Positions 63,835 to 64,000 of a stretch of 64,000 nt of DNA are shown here, one piece after another. The position numbers and the translations under genes were made by a program. This stretch comes from Malacoraja senta (taxonomy: Eukaryota). The notes below the pieces were generated by a model, which saw nothing but the letters and a program-made list of their open reading frames with translations, ran no database searches and was not told the origin of the DNA. The first letter of the stretch is position 1. The number at the start of each line of letters is the position of its first letter. The stretch is taken from contig CM076000.1 in the NCBI GenBank assembly GCA_038087875.1, positions 2,108,001 to 2,172,000 of the forward strand, written 5' to 3'.

Positions 63835-64000
63835 CGGGACAGGCAGAGTTGAGCTGGGTTCAGTGCTGCTTCTCTGCACTGGCTGTGGGCCTGGGGGCAC
63901 CACGCCCGTCTGACTCCCGACGTCTCTGCCCACCCCCGGGCGTGGGGGGGGGGGTGGGGGTTGTGGGAGGGAACTCGGGTGGGGACGGGACAGCGCCGGA

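Overview
Eukaryotic, repeat-dense, apparently non-coding (intronic or intergenic) DNA, most likely from a cartilaginous fish (probably a skate or ray, inferred from HE1-type V-SINEs and the CR1/Rex1 mix). No host protein-coding gene could be supported, and nearly all ORFs in the track are retroelement remnants, their antisense shadows or low-complexity sequence. Retroelements: many 5'-truncated CR1 and Rex1/Babar LINE fragments, more than 20 HE1-like SINEs, an RTE 3' end, about 15 Penelope-like terminal fragments carrying a minimal hammerhead-ribozyme motif (often in inverted pairs), and an internally deleted Ty3/Gypsy (Mag-like) LTR element with a tRNA-Leu PBS. DNA elements: four PIF/Harbinger-like MITEs, two non-autonomous Helitrons and a 2-kb foldback (MULE-like) palindrome. 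There is one 200-N assembly gap. The most unusual structures are the hammerhead-bearing hairpin insertions (one has captured an inverted copy of its own flank), the 2-kb foldback, a central palindrome shared by unrelated MITEs, and a perfect 29-bp hairpin overlapping a candidate splice donor at the right edge. Family names come from recognition of motifs, not database searches. Boundaries of degenerate repeats are approximate.
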